A DNA stretch of 64,000 bases, from NCBI GenBank assembly GCA_023267635.1, contig JAHFMX010000001.1:3800-67799 (forward strand), written 5' to 3'. Shown piece after piece: positions 50,407-59,920 of this stretch (its first letter is position 1; each line of letters begins with the position of its first letter). Position numbers and translations under genes: made by a program. Source of the stretch: a bacterium. GTDB taxonomy: Bacteria; Patescibacteriota; Minisyncoccia; Phycocordibacterales; UBA5272. Under the pieces are notes generated by a model. It saw only the letters and a list, made by a program, of their open reading frames with translations, had not been told where the DNA came from and did not search any database.

Positions 50407-51667
50407 AGATTGCTTTGTTACCAGTAAGAGCCTCGTAACGCTTGATGATGAGGTCACAGAATCGGGGTTCCAAATCCATTCCGTACACACGGCGACCTAG
50501 CTGTTCACCCGCAAGTAAAGTACTACCTGATCCAAGGAAACTATCTAAAATGATGTCCCCGGGCTTTGTACAGCGTTTAATGGCCTTCTCATGCAGTGTT
50601 ATTGGCTTACTTGTGGCATGCTGGTATTCTTTTGATGGAAGTCGCTTTGCTGTCCAGATTTCAAGAAAGTTATCTACCTGAGCAATGAGATCATTACCTG
50701 TAGTAAATTCTTTATTCATGACCTCATTGAGATCTTGAATGGATTCAGCAAGGTGCGGTCGTCCGCGAGTGCCATATACCGCAGGTTCGTATGCTTTATT
50801 GCAATACACTTTCGGCACAGGATTTTGTGAGTTCTTGAGCCATAGACACACACGCTTGTTTGCAACACCAAGCAAACGGTAGATCTCTTGAATAAGACCG
50901 ATGTACACTTGGTCGCAGTAGTAGAAGACGTGAGTGTCTGGACTGGATACCGAGAGGGCGGCGCTAAGAGAATCTTTGATGAAGGCTTTGTATTCTTCGT
51001 ATGAGCGAGTATCATTTACACTTCCGCCGTAGTCTTTGTTGCCACCAATGCCACCGTTGTAGTCTATGGAAATGTTATACACGGGATCCGAATAGATCAT
51101 GCTTGCCTTCTCATCACCGAATAACCGAGCCAGATTCTTTGGATCGGTTGAATCGCCACAAAGGATCTTGTGTTTACCGAGGCGGATGAGATCTCCCAGT
51201 TTTGTCACTGGTTCTATGATTTTCTTTAATTCTTTGTCGACATCGAACGCGTCTTCCTTGGTTTCGTTATTCTCATCCCAGAATTTCGCAAGCTCAATCT
51301 GATCGAATCCTGCAAAGGAAAGCGTTTCCATGTCGAATGACTTAAGGAGGTCGTAATCCCAGTCACCACCGAGCTTGTTGGAGCCGATGAGGTATTCCTT
51401 GGCTTCTTGTTCAGTAAGCTTACGATTGGGGACTCTGATATCTATCTGCTCTTCACCACGTTCAAGGAGTTGTAACGCTCGAATGCGCTGATGACCTGCG
51501 AGAATTGTCCCGTCATAATCTACCGCCGGTATTTCTACGAGATTAAACTTCTTAAGACTTCGCTTGAGATCTGACATTTGCTTGTCAGTGATCTTGCGAG
51601 GATTGACCTCTTGGGGAATGAGATTGTTTACACGTTTTTGGACCGTCGTCCATGTGAGTTTTTTCAT
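50393..51667 (-). CDS. ParB-like N-terminus plus N4/N6 DNA methyltransferase
   Basis: NPRKIT..SLKKF..AGHQR; SDPVY; HATSKP; DSFLGSGST. Confidence 0.88.
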   Translation of the reverse strand: MKKLTWTTVQKRVNNLIPQEVNPRKITDKQMSDLKRSLKKFNLVEIPAVDYDGTILAGHQRIRALQLLERGEEQIDIRVPNRKLTEQEAKEYLIGSNKLGGDWDYDLLKSFDMETLSFAGFDQIELAKFWDENNETKEDAFDVDKELKKIIEPVTKLGDLIRLGKHKILCGDSTDPKNLARLFGDEKASMIYSDPVYNISIDYNGGIGGNKDYGGSVNDTRSYEEYKAFIKDSLSAALSVSSPDTHVFYYCDQVYIGLIQEIYRLLGVANKRVCLWLKNSQNPVPKVYCNKAYEPAVYGTRGRPHLAESIQDLNEVMNKEFTTGNDLIAQVDNFLEIWTAKRLPSKEYQHATSKPITLHEKAIKRCTKPGDIILDSFLGSGSTLLAGEQLGRRVYGMDLEPRFCDLIIKRYEALTGNKAIYEKE

Positions 51668-51843
51668 GCTGATTTTATTTATTAGTTGTAAATAAAATGC
51701 ATGGAACAGAAAATGCCTATCCCACGCACGAAATAACAAAAGCCGATTGCTTATTATTATTTCTTGCGCGAAATAGGCATGTCCTCGTGGAGATACACTA
51801 TTCTACTTTTTACTACGCAGAAACTAACACTTATATTTTATTC

Positions 51844-52254
51844 CTAACCTTTTCCTTTTGCAAGACCGCGGATGATCCGTTTGCCATTCTTGCTGTTCAT
51901 AAACTCTATTGTATCCTTGCCTGGCACTACGGGTATTCCATCATTCGGGAGTGCAATTAAGACCTTGTACCCATTCGCTTCTTCTTTCTGAACCATTCTT
52001 ACGAAATCAGGATCTGTTTTTAGAAGGTTGAGAGTAAACGTCCGATTTTCAGAAAATGCAGACTTCTCAATATTTGAGTAAATACGATCAGGACTATCTG
52101 TCTCGAACGCCTTTTGTACTTTTTTACCAACCGAAGGAGTAGGTGCTCTTTTAGCAGTATGAAGTGCAATATCCGTAATGCGGATGATTTTATATTTCTG
52201 TCCGTTTTTCATGACAGCTGGCTTTAGTTCGAGTTTGTAGTCCATAAACCTCAT
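51844..52254 (-). CDS. Hypothetical protein
   Basis: 136-aa ORF, TAATG-coupled to the upstream small ORF. Confidence 0.55.
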   Translation of the reverse strand: MRFMDYKLELKPAVMKNGQKYKIIRITDIALHTAKRAPTPSVGKKVQKAFETDSPDRIYSNIEKSAFSENRTFTLNLLKTDPDFVRMVQKEEANGYKVLIALPNDGIPVVPGKDTIEFMNSKNGKRIIRGLAKGKG

Positions 52255-52376
52255 TACTTCTTATTCTTTACCCACTCCACATTATCAGGATTGTTCTGTG
52301 CCTTTTTCTCAGTCACGAATCTACCTGTTTTTGCATCGTGAGGCTGCTCGTTGTTCCAATTATGCTTCTTGCTCAT
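52254..52376 (-). CDS. 40-aa small protein (DAKTGRFV motif)
   Basis: Manual translation: MSKKHNWNNEQPHDAKTGRFVTEKKAQNNPDNVEWVKNKK. Confidence 0.55.
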   Translation of the reverse strand: MSKKHNWNNEQPHDAKTGRFVTEKKAQNNPDNVEWVKNKK

Positions 52377-52385
52377 ATGTTTATA

Positions 52386-52658
52386 TTATAGATTATTATG
52401 GATCCAATTTGATACATCTTGTGGAAGGTTAACCCAAGCAGCTGTATCTTTAGTAACAGTTACAACAAGAACCTTATCGTTCGCATCTGTATGCTTTTGA
52501 ATTTGGTTCCTAGTTTCTTCTGCGGTAAAGTTGTTCTTAATCAACCAAACTGATTCCAGCGGTTTCGCCCACACGGCGTATGACTTGAGAAAGGTGATCA
52601 AAGATGTGTAATCCTTGTTCGGTTTAATAAGGTCGTATGATACTAGGTGAGTGAACAT
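52386..52658 (-). CDS. Cas2/VapD-like ferredoxin-fold small protein
   Basis: LVSYDL..DY..L..L....PLESVWLI..DKVLV. Confidence 0.6.
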   Translation of the reverse strand: MFTHLVSYDLIKPNKDYTSLITFLKSYAVWAKPLESVWLIKNNFTAEETRNQIQKHTDANDKVLVVTVTKDTAAWVNLPQDVSNWIHNNL

Positions 52659-52770
52659 TTGTTTATTATGGTTATGCTGTTAAGTTTGTCAGGGGTTATA
52701 CCTGATAAATCCAGTTTATCAGAATGAAAAGTATCTTGTCAAATCAAATTGAAAAGTATATAATATCAAC

Positions 52771-53100
52771 ATGAAAATACCAGAAAATAAAGGGGAATTT
52801 ATCGGCAAGCAGATCAAGAAAGCGCGTGAAGAGGAAGATATTTCACAGCTTGAACTGGCTAAGGCTGTGGATTTTGAGTCTGCAACAGCAATTTCCCTCA
52901 TAGAATCTGGCGAAAGGAAAATTACTGCAGAGAATCTTGAGAAAATAGCCATCGCCTTAAAAAAAGACATTAAGTACTTCCTGGGGACAGAAGACGAACC
53001 TGTAACTATCGAAGTTGCTTTGCGAGCAGAAAAAAATCTCTCCAAAGAAGACAAGGACGCATTGCTTCGATTCATTGAGCTAGCGAAGAAAAAGAAATAA
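52771..53100 (+). CDS. XRE-family HTH repressor
   Basis: IKKARE..SQLELA..ISLIESGER. Confidence 0.9.
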   Translation: MKIPENKGEFIGKQIKKAREEEDISQLELAKAVDFESATAISLIESGERKITAENLEKIAIALKKDIKYFLGTEDEPVTIEVALRAEKNLSKEDKDALLRFIELAKKKK

Positions 53101-53598
53101 ATGGAATACACCGATACAGACCTTGGTCCTCGAAAAACTTCAGCAAAAAACCTTGCAAAGAAGCTGATAAAGGATTCTAAGATCAAAGAGGCTCCTGTAT
53201 CGTTAAGAATTGTTATAGAGTGCCTCCAAACGACGCACGATTTGCGCGTAATCGCTCACGGATTTAGCGACCATGTTTCTGGTCTACTTATGAGATGCAA
53301 GCAACTCGACGAAGAGTATTTCGTCATAGGATTCAATGAGAACCAACCTTGGTGCAGGCGTAGATTTACCATTGCCCACGAGATAGGACATCTTCTTTTT
53401 GGTCATACATGTAATCAAAGTGATGATAAGGATCACAACGAAAAGGAAGCAGATATATTTGCGGCGGAGTTGTTAATACCAAAGGAATTTTTGAAAAAGG
53501 ATTTTAAGATTACTCCAAAGATTCCAGATTTAGCCAAGAAATATCTCGTAAGCCAACAGGCAATGGGTATTAAGATCACGACGGACCGTCTTATCTAA
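53101..53598 (+). CDS. ImmA/IrrE family metallopeptidase
   Basis: RRRFTIAHEIGH, EKEADIFAAELLIP. Confidence 0.9.
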   Translation: MEYTDTDLGPRKTSAKNLAKKLIKDSKIKEAPVSLRIVIECLQTTHDLRVIAHGFSDHVSGLLMRCKQLDEEYFVIGFNENQPWCRRRFTIAHEIGHLLFGHTCNQSDDKDHNEKEADIFAAELLIPKEFLKKDFKITPKIPDLAKKYLVSQQAMGIKITTDRLI

Positions 53599-53601
53599 AA
53601 C

Positions 53602-53976
53602 ATGGGAACAACAACGCCACTAGGACCAGAATTTGTCAGCCAAATGGTAACCATGCTGTTAAATGGCGTTCAGGAAGGTACCGTTAAGGCTTATCAAATG
53701 CTTTGGGGTATATTGATTACTTTTCTCAAAGCGCACTGGATTGGCGTTACAGAGATTCTTCTTGGTTTTCTTGTTATTGCTTTTCTAGTCTTCCTATTTA
53801 CTGGAAGGTGGGCAATGCTTGGGAGCGTGCTCAACCGTTATTTCTTCTTTGGATTCCTATTTATCATGGGCCTTATCTTTGGACCACAAGTGTTTGCAAA
53901 TACTTATTTCGAGATAGTTTGGGTTGTGCTTGGTTTGGTTGTCTTTATTGTCATTGGCAAAATCTTCAGGAAATAG
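53602..53976 (+). CDS. Membrane protein
   Basis: 3-4 TM segments; co-oriented with immA. Confidence 0.6.
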   Translation: MGTTTPLGPEFVSQMVTMLLNGVQEGTVKAYQMLWGILITFLKAHWIGVTEILLGFLVIAFLVFLFTGRWAMLGSVLNRYFFFGFLFIMGLIFGPQVFANTYFEIVWVVLGLVVFIVIGKIFRK

Positions 53977-54172
53977 TTACAACTGCATGTAACTATTTAA
54001 GTCTTACCTATGTCACTTTTGTCACTTTTTAGTCGCTCGACAAGGGTCGATTTGATATACTAGAAACAATTGGAAAAGCCTTACGGGGTAAGGAACCTCA
54101 CGGTCGCACCTCGAGAAGGCTCACCTTCAACAGCTAGCACGAGAAGGTTCGTTTTCAAGGAGTTTTTAGTAT

Positions 54173-54754
54173 GTGAAAATTAAACACCCTTCCAAGAATC
54201 GAACCTCCTCTGCGGTGCGATTGTATGCTCTCGCAGTTAGAGAAATAGGAAGCAATGATGAACTTGATTATATTCATTTAGTATCAGCGATTGAAATACT
54301 TTCCAAGAATTATGTACTACCTGCGAATCATGAACCTCTTTTATCAGTGTTAGATCAAATAAGAGAATTATTAAGAGGTGCAGGTGCGGAAGCAAAAAGT
54401 GAATTAGGTAATCTTTTTGAACAAAGAAAATCAACAATGAAATTTGTCAGCTTTATCCAGAAGTATTCTGGAGACAGCGTGCCAGAAAGACCGACATTAG
54501 ACGCACTAGAAAATAAGGTCTATAAAGATAATTTACCGAACGCATTAAAGAGAATATATAGAGCAAGATCAAAGTTCCTCCACGAAGGAAGCTCGATGTA
54601 TATGAGTATTCCGGGCATGACAGTAGGTAATTGTGACTATGACAGCTCACTAGGCGGAACCATAGGTAATAGAGAGCTTGACCCAGAAGAAAAACTTCCA
54701 AGTATATCCTTCTTTGAAGGTTTAGTTGGGATCTGTTTACTAAATTATCTTTAA
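54173..54754 (+). CDS. HEPN (Apea-like) domain protein, probably N-terminally truncated
   Basis: LVSAIEIL..RIYRARSKFLHEG (R-x4-H); GTG start falls mid-domain. Confidence 0.6.
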   Translation: MKIKHPSKNRTSSAVRLYALAVREIGSNDELDYIHLVSAIEILSKNYVLPANHEPLLSVLDQIRELLRGAGAEAKSELGNLFEQRKSTMKFVSFIQKYSGDSVPERPTLDALENKVYKDNLPNALKRIYRARSKFLHEGSSMYMSIPGMTVGNCDYDSSLGGTIGNRELDPEEKLPSISFFEGLVGICLLNYL

Positions 54755-54780
54755 TTCTTACATCTTAAATATAAAGACAC

Positions 54781-54817
54781 TTGCATTTATTTATAAGGAT
54801 ATGCTAATATCCTTATA
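54781..54817 (+). promoter_or_regulatory. Promoter with overlapping ArsR-type operator
   Basis: TTGCAT-18 nt-TAATAT; 11-bp IR TATAAGGATAT-GCTA-ATATCCTTATA across the -10. Confidence 0.7.
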
Positions 54818-55113
54818 TGACAGATTTATGTGAATCAATGAACAAGTTTGGCAAGGGCATTGGGAGTGCTCCGCGGTATCGTATCGTGGAAGCGTTGTTT
54901 TCCGGTCCAAAAACAGTCGGAGAACTTGCAAAAAAAACAAAGCAGTCTCAACCCCTCGTATCCCAGCACTTGCGTGTTCTTAAAGAAACAGGACTAGTGC
55001 AAGATGAACGGCGGGGACAAGAGGTCTTCTATACACTCAACAGTGAGCACACCATTCGCCTCCTCAAACGTCTTTCGGAGGAACTCAAGCCGAAGAAAAA
55101 TCGAAAGACGTAA
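54817..55113 (+). CDS. ArsR/SmtB family regulator
   Basis: TVGELA..SQPLVSQHLRVLKETGLV..RRG..VFY. Confidence 0.92.
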   Translation: MTDLCESMNKFGKGIGSAPRYRIVEALFSGPKTVGELAKKTKQSQPLVSQHLRVLKETGLVQDERRGQEVFYTLNSEHTIRLLKRLSEELKPKKNRKT

Positions 55114-55149
55114 GATCGTTTATTTATTAAATTAACTTGTAACAAACTT

Positions 55150-55770
55150 ATGAAAACATCACAACAAAATATAAAAATTAAAGTTATTATCGGCAGTACA
55201 CGACAGAGTCGTTTTAGTGAGAAACCTGCAGGATGGATTTTTGAAGAAGCAAAAAAACTGGAAGGCGTGGAGGTCGAGCTTTTGGACTTGCGCGATTATC
55301 CGATGCCATTTTTTGATAGCCCTATTTCGCCTTCGATGGGGAAAGGTCAATACTCAGACGAGGCAGTAAAGAAGTGGGCAGAAAAAATAAACGATGGGGA
55401 CGCATTTATCATAGTCACGCCAGAATACAATCATGGCTATTCTGCCGTGCTTAAAAACGCTTTGGATGTTATCTACCCAGAGTGGAACAGAAAGCCGGTC
55501 GGTTTTGTCAGCTATGGCAGTGCGCTCGGCGCGCGTGCCGTAGAACAGCTTCGCCAAGTCGCGGTCGAACTTCAAATGGCGCCGATAAGAAATGCGATCC
55601 ATGTCCCTGTTGATATCTTTATGGCGGCAATGATGGGCAAGGGACCGACGGGCCCTGAAATGTTCAAACCAATCCGCGAGGGCATGATGGGAGATCGTGT
55701 ACAGATTTTCTTGGACGAACTTCTCTGGTGGGCAAAAGCCCTTAAAGTAGCGCGAACAAAAAGCGCGTAA
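55150..55770 (+). CDS. NADPH-dependent FMN reductase
   Basis: GSTR, TPEYNHG, LKNALD, W.RKPV. Confidence 0.9.
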   Translation: MKTSQQNIKIKVIIGSTRQSRFSEKPAGWIFEEAKKLEGVEVELLDLRDYPMPFFDSPISPSMGKGQYSDEAVKKWAEKINDGDAFIIVTPEYNHGYSAVLKNALDVIYPEWNRKPVGFVSYGSALGARAVEQLRQVAVELQMAPIRNAIHVPVDIFMAAMMGKGPTGPEMFKPIREGMMGDRVQIFLDELLWWAKALKVARTKSA

Positions 55771-55786
55771 TATTTTTAACTCAACT

Positions 55787-56413
55787 ATGAAAATTGCAAT
55801 TTTTGGAGCCACAGGAGGAACCGGGCAAGCATTAGTCAAACAAGCTTTGGAAAAAGGTCATAGGGTAACCGTTCTTGTGCGTAACCCGGAAAAGGTTGAG
55901 ATAAAACATGCCAATCTATTGATCGTTAAGGGAGATGTCTTAGACGCGGTCTCTGTTGAGAAGGCGGTCGCGGGTCACGATGCGGTGCTCGTGGCGTTGG
56001 GTGTCAAGCCGCCTTCCAAAGCAAAAGTTGTTGGCCCGGGTACTAAAAATATTATTGAAGCCATGAAGAAACATGGCATAAAGCGATTGATAGTTGAGTC
56101 AGCAATGTTTATGGACGATACGGTGAGAAAAAATAGTTTTCTCATTTCTCTTTTAACAAAAACATTTATGAAGGGAATATATGCGGACAAGTTAGTGCAA
56201 GAGGTGGCGGTTAGAGAAAGTGGTTTGGAATGGGTCATCGTCCGCCCAGTAGGTTTAGCCAACGGCCCCAAAACAGAAATATACAGGTTTGGAGAAGGTC
56301 TAAAATTAAAAGGATTATTCCCGATGGTCTCACGCGCTGATGTAGCTGATTTTATGCTTAAGCAATTAAGCTCCAACACCAATCTTAATAAAGCTGTGTT
56401 GGTTACAAATTAA
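55787..56413 (+). CDS. NAD(P)H-binding flavin/biliverdin reductase-like SDR
   Basis: FGATGGTG, LVRNP, IVRP, SRADVADF. Confidence 0.88.
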   Translation: MKIAIFGATGGTGQALVKQALEKGHRVTVLVRNPEKVEIKHANLLIVKGDVLDAVSVEKAVAGHDAVLVALGVKPPSKAKVVGPGTKNIIEAMKKHGIKRLIVESAMFMDDTVRKNSFLISLLTKTFMKGIYADKLVQEVAVRESGLEWVIVRPVGLANGPKTEIYRFGEGLKLKGLFPMVSRADVADFMLKQLSSNTNLNKAVLVTN

Positions 56414-56423
56414 TTATAATTCT

Positions 56424-57041
56424 ATGAAACAAAAATTGAAATTATACTTCGCTCCTAGTGCTTGCTCCCTTGCTCCCCATATCGCTCTTCGCGAGGCGGT
56501 CATGGAATTTAATTTAGAGAAAGTTGATATTCGTGCAGGTAAGACTGCCTCGGGGGAAAACTATGGAGATATAAATCCTCTGGGGTATGTTCCCGCACTT
56601 CAGTTACCGGATGGTTCCATTCTTACTGAAGCCGTTGCGATTTTACTCTACATAGCCGACCAGAAACCTGAAATAGGTCTTGCGCCAGAGCCGAAAACTG
56701 CTACTAGGTATCAACTGTATCGTTGGCTTACATTTATATCATCAGAGATACATAAAGGATTTGGCCCTCTTTTCAACCCCGCGCTACCGGAAGAACAGAA
56801 AAACATGACGATTGAACGGCTCAAAAAACGCTTTGCTTTCATAGACAAGTATTTAGAGGGGCGTACGTGGCTTGTCGGTGATTCGTTTACTATTGCTGAC
56901 ATCTACATGTTCGTTTGTCTTAGTTGGACAAATCATATGCAGATAGATTTAAGCCCATGGAAAAATATACAATCATTCCTTACGCGCGTGGGAGAAAGGT
57001 CGGCAGTTAGAGAAGCGTTAGCGGCTGAACAACAACCATAA
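56424..57041 (+). CDS. Glutathione S-transferase (beta class, GstA-like)
   Basis: ACSLAPHIAL, NPLGYVPAL, LTEAVAI, SEIHK, FTIADIY. Confidence 0.92.
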   Translation: MKQKLKLYFAPSACSLAPHIALREAVMEFNLEKVDIRAGKTASGENYGDINPLGYVPALQLPDGSILTEAVAILLYIADQKPEIGLAPEPKTATRYQLYRWLTFISSEIHKGFGPLFNPALPEEQKNMTIERLKKRFAFIDKYLEGRTWLVGDSFTIADIYMFVCLSWTNHMQIDLSPWKNIQSFLTRVGERSAVREALAAEQQP

Positions 57042-57337
57042 TGTATTGGTATCTTCTTATAGGATTTCTGCTCGGCAACGGCATGCCACATTTTTTGTTC
57101 GGTTCTGCCGGCAAGATATTCAGGACGCCGTTTGGCAAAGAGTCCAGTCCTCGCTTGAATGTCGGTTGGGGTTTGTTTAACTTTATTCTGGCTACTTTAC
57201 TTGTCTGGTGGAGAGTATCTGCACAATCACCGGAAATATCCGACCTTGTTTTTCTTCTTGTCGGATTCTGGCTTGTGGTAATTATGTTCGGCGTCTCACT
57301 CCGTATGTTCATAAGTAATAAAACAAATGCAAATTAA
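57041..57337 (+). CDS. Small membrane protein
   Basis: NGMPHF..G..FRTPF..SSP..NV.WG; 3 TM segments. Confidence 0.65.
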   Translation: MYWYLLIGFLLGNGMPHFLFGSAGKIFRTPFGKESSPRLNVGWGLFNFILATLLVWWRVSAQSPEISDLVFLLVGFWLVVIMFGVSLRMFISNKTNAN

Positions 57338-57776
57338 AGAACTTGGACATGTCGTTTTATATGTAAGAAACCTTAAACAGTCGGCTGATTTTTATCGTGA
57401 TATATTAGGGTTTAAAGAATTATTTAGAGAAGGACCTACCGCCGCTTTTTCCTCGGGACGAACACATCATGAGCTTTTGCTTATCGAGGTTGGTGGAAAT
57501 CTAGAAACAGATACACAGGTTAGCCCCGGCCTGTACCATATTGGCTTTAAGATGGGTGACGGGCATGAGGCGATAGAAGAGGTCTGGAAAGAACTCAAGG
57601 AAAAAGAAGTTACCATCGTTGGCACGGGCGACCATACTATCACCCACAGTATTTACATTCTTGATCCGGATGGAAACGAGCTTGAGCTGTATGCAGATAT
57701 GGGTGATGAATGGAAAAAGAATCCTCAAGCTATAATGTCAAAAACAAAACCCCTTCATTTAAGAAACCATAATTAG
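57327..57776 (+). CDS. VOC/glyoxalase family (extradiol dioxygenase-like)
   Basis: LGHVVL.V, THHEL, GLYHIGF, DPDGNELELY. Confidence 0.88.
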   Translation: MQIKELGHVVLYVRNLKQSADFYRDILGFKELFREGPTAAFSSGRTHHELLLIEVGGNLETDTQVSPGLYHIGFKMGDGHEAIEEVWKELKEKEVTIVGTGDHTITHSIYILDPDGNELELYADMGDEWKKNPQAIMSKTKPLHLRNHN

Positions 57777-57783
57777 AATTAAT

Positions 57784-59898
57784 ATGGAAAAAACACAAAA
57801 TCACAGCACACATTCATATAACTGCCCGATGCATCCAGAAATCGTGCAGGACAAGCCGGGCATGTGTCCGGAATGCGGCATGAATCTTGTGCCTACCAAA
57901 GCACCGGCAAAAAAGAATGAGCACATTGACCATGACAAACATGCCGGCCATAAAACGTCTTCTTTTCTGATGAAGTTTTGGATTTCGCTTGTTTTCACCA
58001 TCCCGATATTTTTCTACTCCGAAATGGCGATGATGGTGTTTGGCATTCGGGGACCGGAATTTCCCGGCTGGCAATATGCGCTCCTCGCGCTCGGCACCGT
58101 TGTCTATTTCTATTGCGGATGGATATTCCTCGTGGGCGCGTATCGCGAGCTTCGAGCGCGACTTCCCGGCATGATGACGCTTATCGCCATCGCCATCACC
58201 GCCGCGTATGCGTACAGTCTGTTCTCACTGTTGTTGGGCGACATACAGGAACTTATCTTCGAGCTCGCATCTCTTATCACCATCATGCTTCTTGGCCATT
58301 GGATCGAGATGCGGTCAGTGCAAGGCGCGCAAGGCGCATTAAAAGAATTGGCAAAACTCATGCCGGATCAGGCAGAGGTTATTCGAGGTGATAAGACCGA
58401 GATTGTCCCATTAAGCGAACTTAAAGTTGGTGATGTCGTATTAATCAAACCCGGAGCAAAAGTTCCAGCTGACGGAAAAATTATAGATGGTCTTTCGGAG
58501 ATGAATGAGTCTATCATTACAGGCGAATCTAAGCCAGTAGAAAAATCAAAAGGAGACATGGTCATTGCCGGTTCTATCAATGGCGATGGCAGTCTCAAAG
58601 TAGAAATAGAAAAGATCGGCGAGAGTACCTTTCTTGCCGGTATCATGCGACTCGTCGCGGACGCGCAGGCTTCCAAGTCGCGCCTACAGATGCTCTCCGA
58701 TCGAGCCGCGCTGTATTTGACGTTCATCGCTATAGTCGGTGGTGGGATAACCTTTGTCGCATGGCTCATTGCGGGGGGAGGCATCATAACCGCTACCGAG
58801 CGGTTAGTGGCTGTGCTCATCATTACCTGTCCCCACGCACTCGGTCTCGCTGTTCCTCTGGTGGCATCGATCTCAACAACAATGGCGGCGCGCAATGGTC
58901 TATTGGTTCGTCAGCGCATGGCGCTTGAGTCGGCACGAAATATAAATATAGTCCTCTTTGATAAAACCGGCACTCTTACAAAGGGAGAGTTCGGCGTGGA
59001 CACTATTGTTGTAAGTGAGGGCGTGACCGAGAACGAGATTCTTAAGACAGCCGCATCGGTCAACAGTCATTCAGAGCACCCGTTGGCAAAGGCCACGGTT
59101 AAAGAAGCAGAGAAAAGAAAGGTTGCGCTTCTAGATGTCAAAGACTTTACCCGTGTTGCTGGCAAGGGAGCAAAAGGTCAAATTGAAAATAGTGAGGTCT
59201 ATGTCGGCAACGACGACTTTCTTAAGGAGAACAACATCAAACCCTCATTTGAATATAAAAATAAAATAGATGCGCTCTCCAAGCAAGGCAAAACCGTCAT
59301 CCACGTCGTCGTTGATAAAAAACTTATAGGAAGCATGGCCCTTGTTGATGTTATCCGAGAAGAATCACGAGAAGCGATCAAAACACTCAAAGCACACGGT
59401 GTTAAAACTGCCATGATCACCGGCGATTCCGAAGACGTTGCCACATGGGTATCAAAGGAACTCGGTATTGACGAGTATTTCGCCAAGGTCATGCCGGACC
59501 AGAAGGCCGAGAAAGTTAAACTGCTTCAGAGTAAAGGTCAAAAGGTTGCAATGGTTGGCGATGGCATTAATGACGCACCGGCTCTTACTCAAGCTGATCT
59601 CGGCATTGCCATTGGTGCGGGTACAAACGTGGCCATTGAATCGGCTGGTATTATCCTTGTGAGGAATGATCCGCGCGATATTCCGAAGATATTTAATCTC
59701 TCCCGCCTTACCTACAACAAGATGATCCAGAATCTTTTCTGGGCGACTGGCTATAACGTCGTCGCCATTCCGCTTGCGGCCGGAGTCTTAGCTTCTAAGG
59801 GCATCATCCTTCAGTCATGGCTCGCGGCGGTATTTATGTCGGTCAGTACCGTAATTGTCGCATTTAATGCGGTGCTTTTGAGAAGGCAAAAAATTTAA
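57784..59898 (+). CDS. Copper-translocating P1B ATPase (CPH type, CopB-like)
   Basis: YxCPMHP metal-binding domain, His-rich linker, TGES, CPHALGL, DKTGTLT, GDGINDAP, YN, MS.ST. Confidence 0.93.
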   Translation: MEKTQNHSTHSYNCPMHPEIVQDKPGMCPECGMNLVPTKAPAKKNEHIDHDKHAGHKTSSFLMKFWISLVFTIPIFFYSEMAMMVFGIRGPEFPGWQYALLALGTVVYFYCGWIFLVGAYRELRARLPGMMTLIAIAITAAYAYSLFSLLLGDIQELIFELASLITIMLLGHWIEMRSVQGAQGALKELAKLMPDQAEVIRGDKTEIVPLSELKVGDVVLIKPGAKVPADGKIIDGLSEMNESIITGESKPVEKSKGDMVIAGSINGDGSLKVEIEKIGESTFLAGIMRLVADAQASKSRLQMLSDRAALYLTFIAIVGGGITFVAWLIAGGGIITATERLVAVLIITCPHALGLAVPLVASISTTMAARNGLLVRQRMALESARNINIVLFDKTGTLTKGEFGVDTIVVSEGVTENEILKTAASVNSHSEHPLAKATVKEAEKRKVALLDVKDFTRVAGKGAKGQIENSEVYVGNDDFLKENNIKPSFEYKNKIDALSKQGKTVIHVVVDKKLIGSMALVDVIREESREAIKTLKAHGVKTAMITGDSEDVATWVSKELGIDEYFAKVMPDQKAEKVKLLQSKGQKVAMVGDGINDAPALTQADLGIAIGAGTNVAIESAGIILVRNDPRDIPKIFNLSRLTYNKMIQNLFWATGYNVVAIPLAAGVLASKGIILQSWLAAVFMSVSTVIVAFNAVLLRRQKI

Positions 59899-59920
59899 TA
59901 TAATTTAACTAAAAACTAAT

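Noticed and set aside
52386-52658. CRISPR-Cas locus suggested by the Cas2-like protein
   Set aside because: No cas1 or other cas genes, and no repeat-spacer array seen anywhere in the window
48507-53598. Intact prophage
   Set aside because: No portal, capsid, tail or lysis genes recognised
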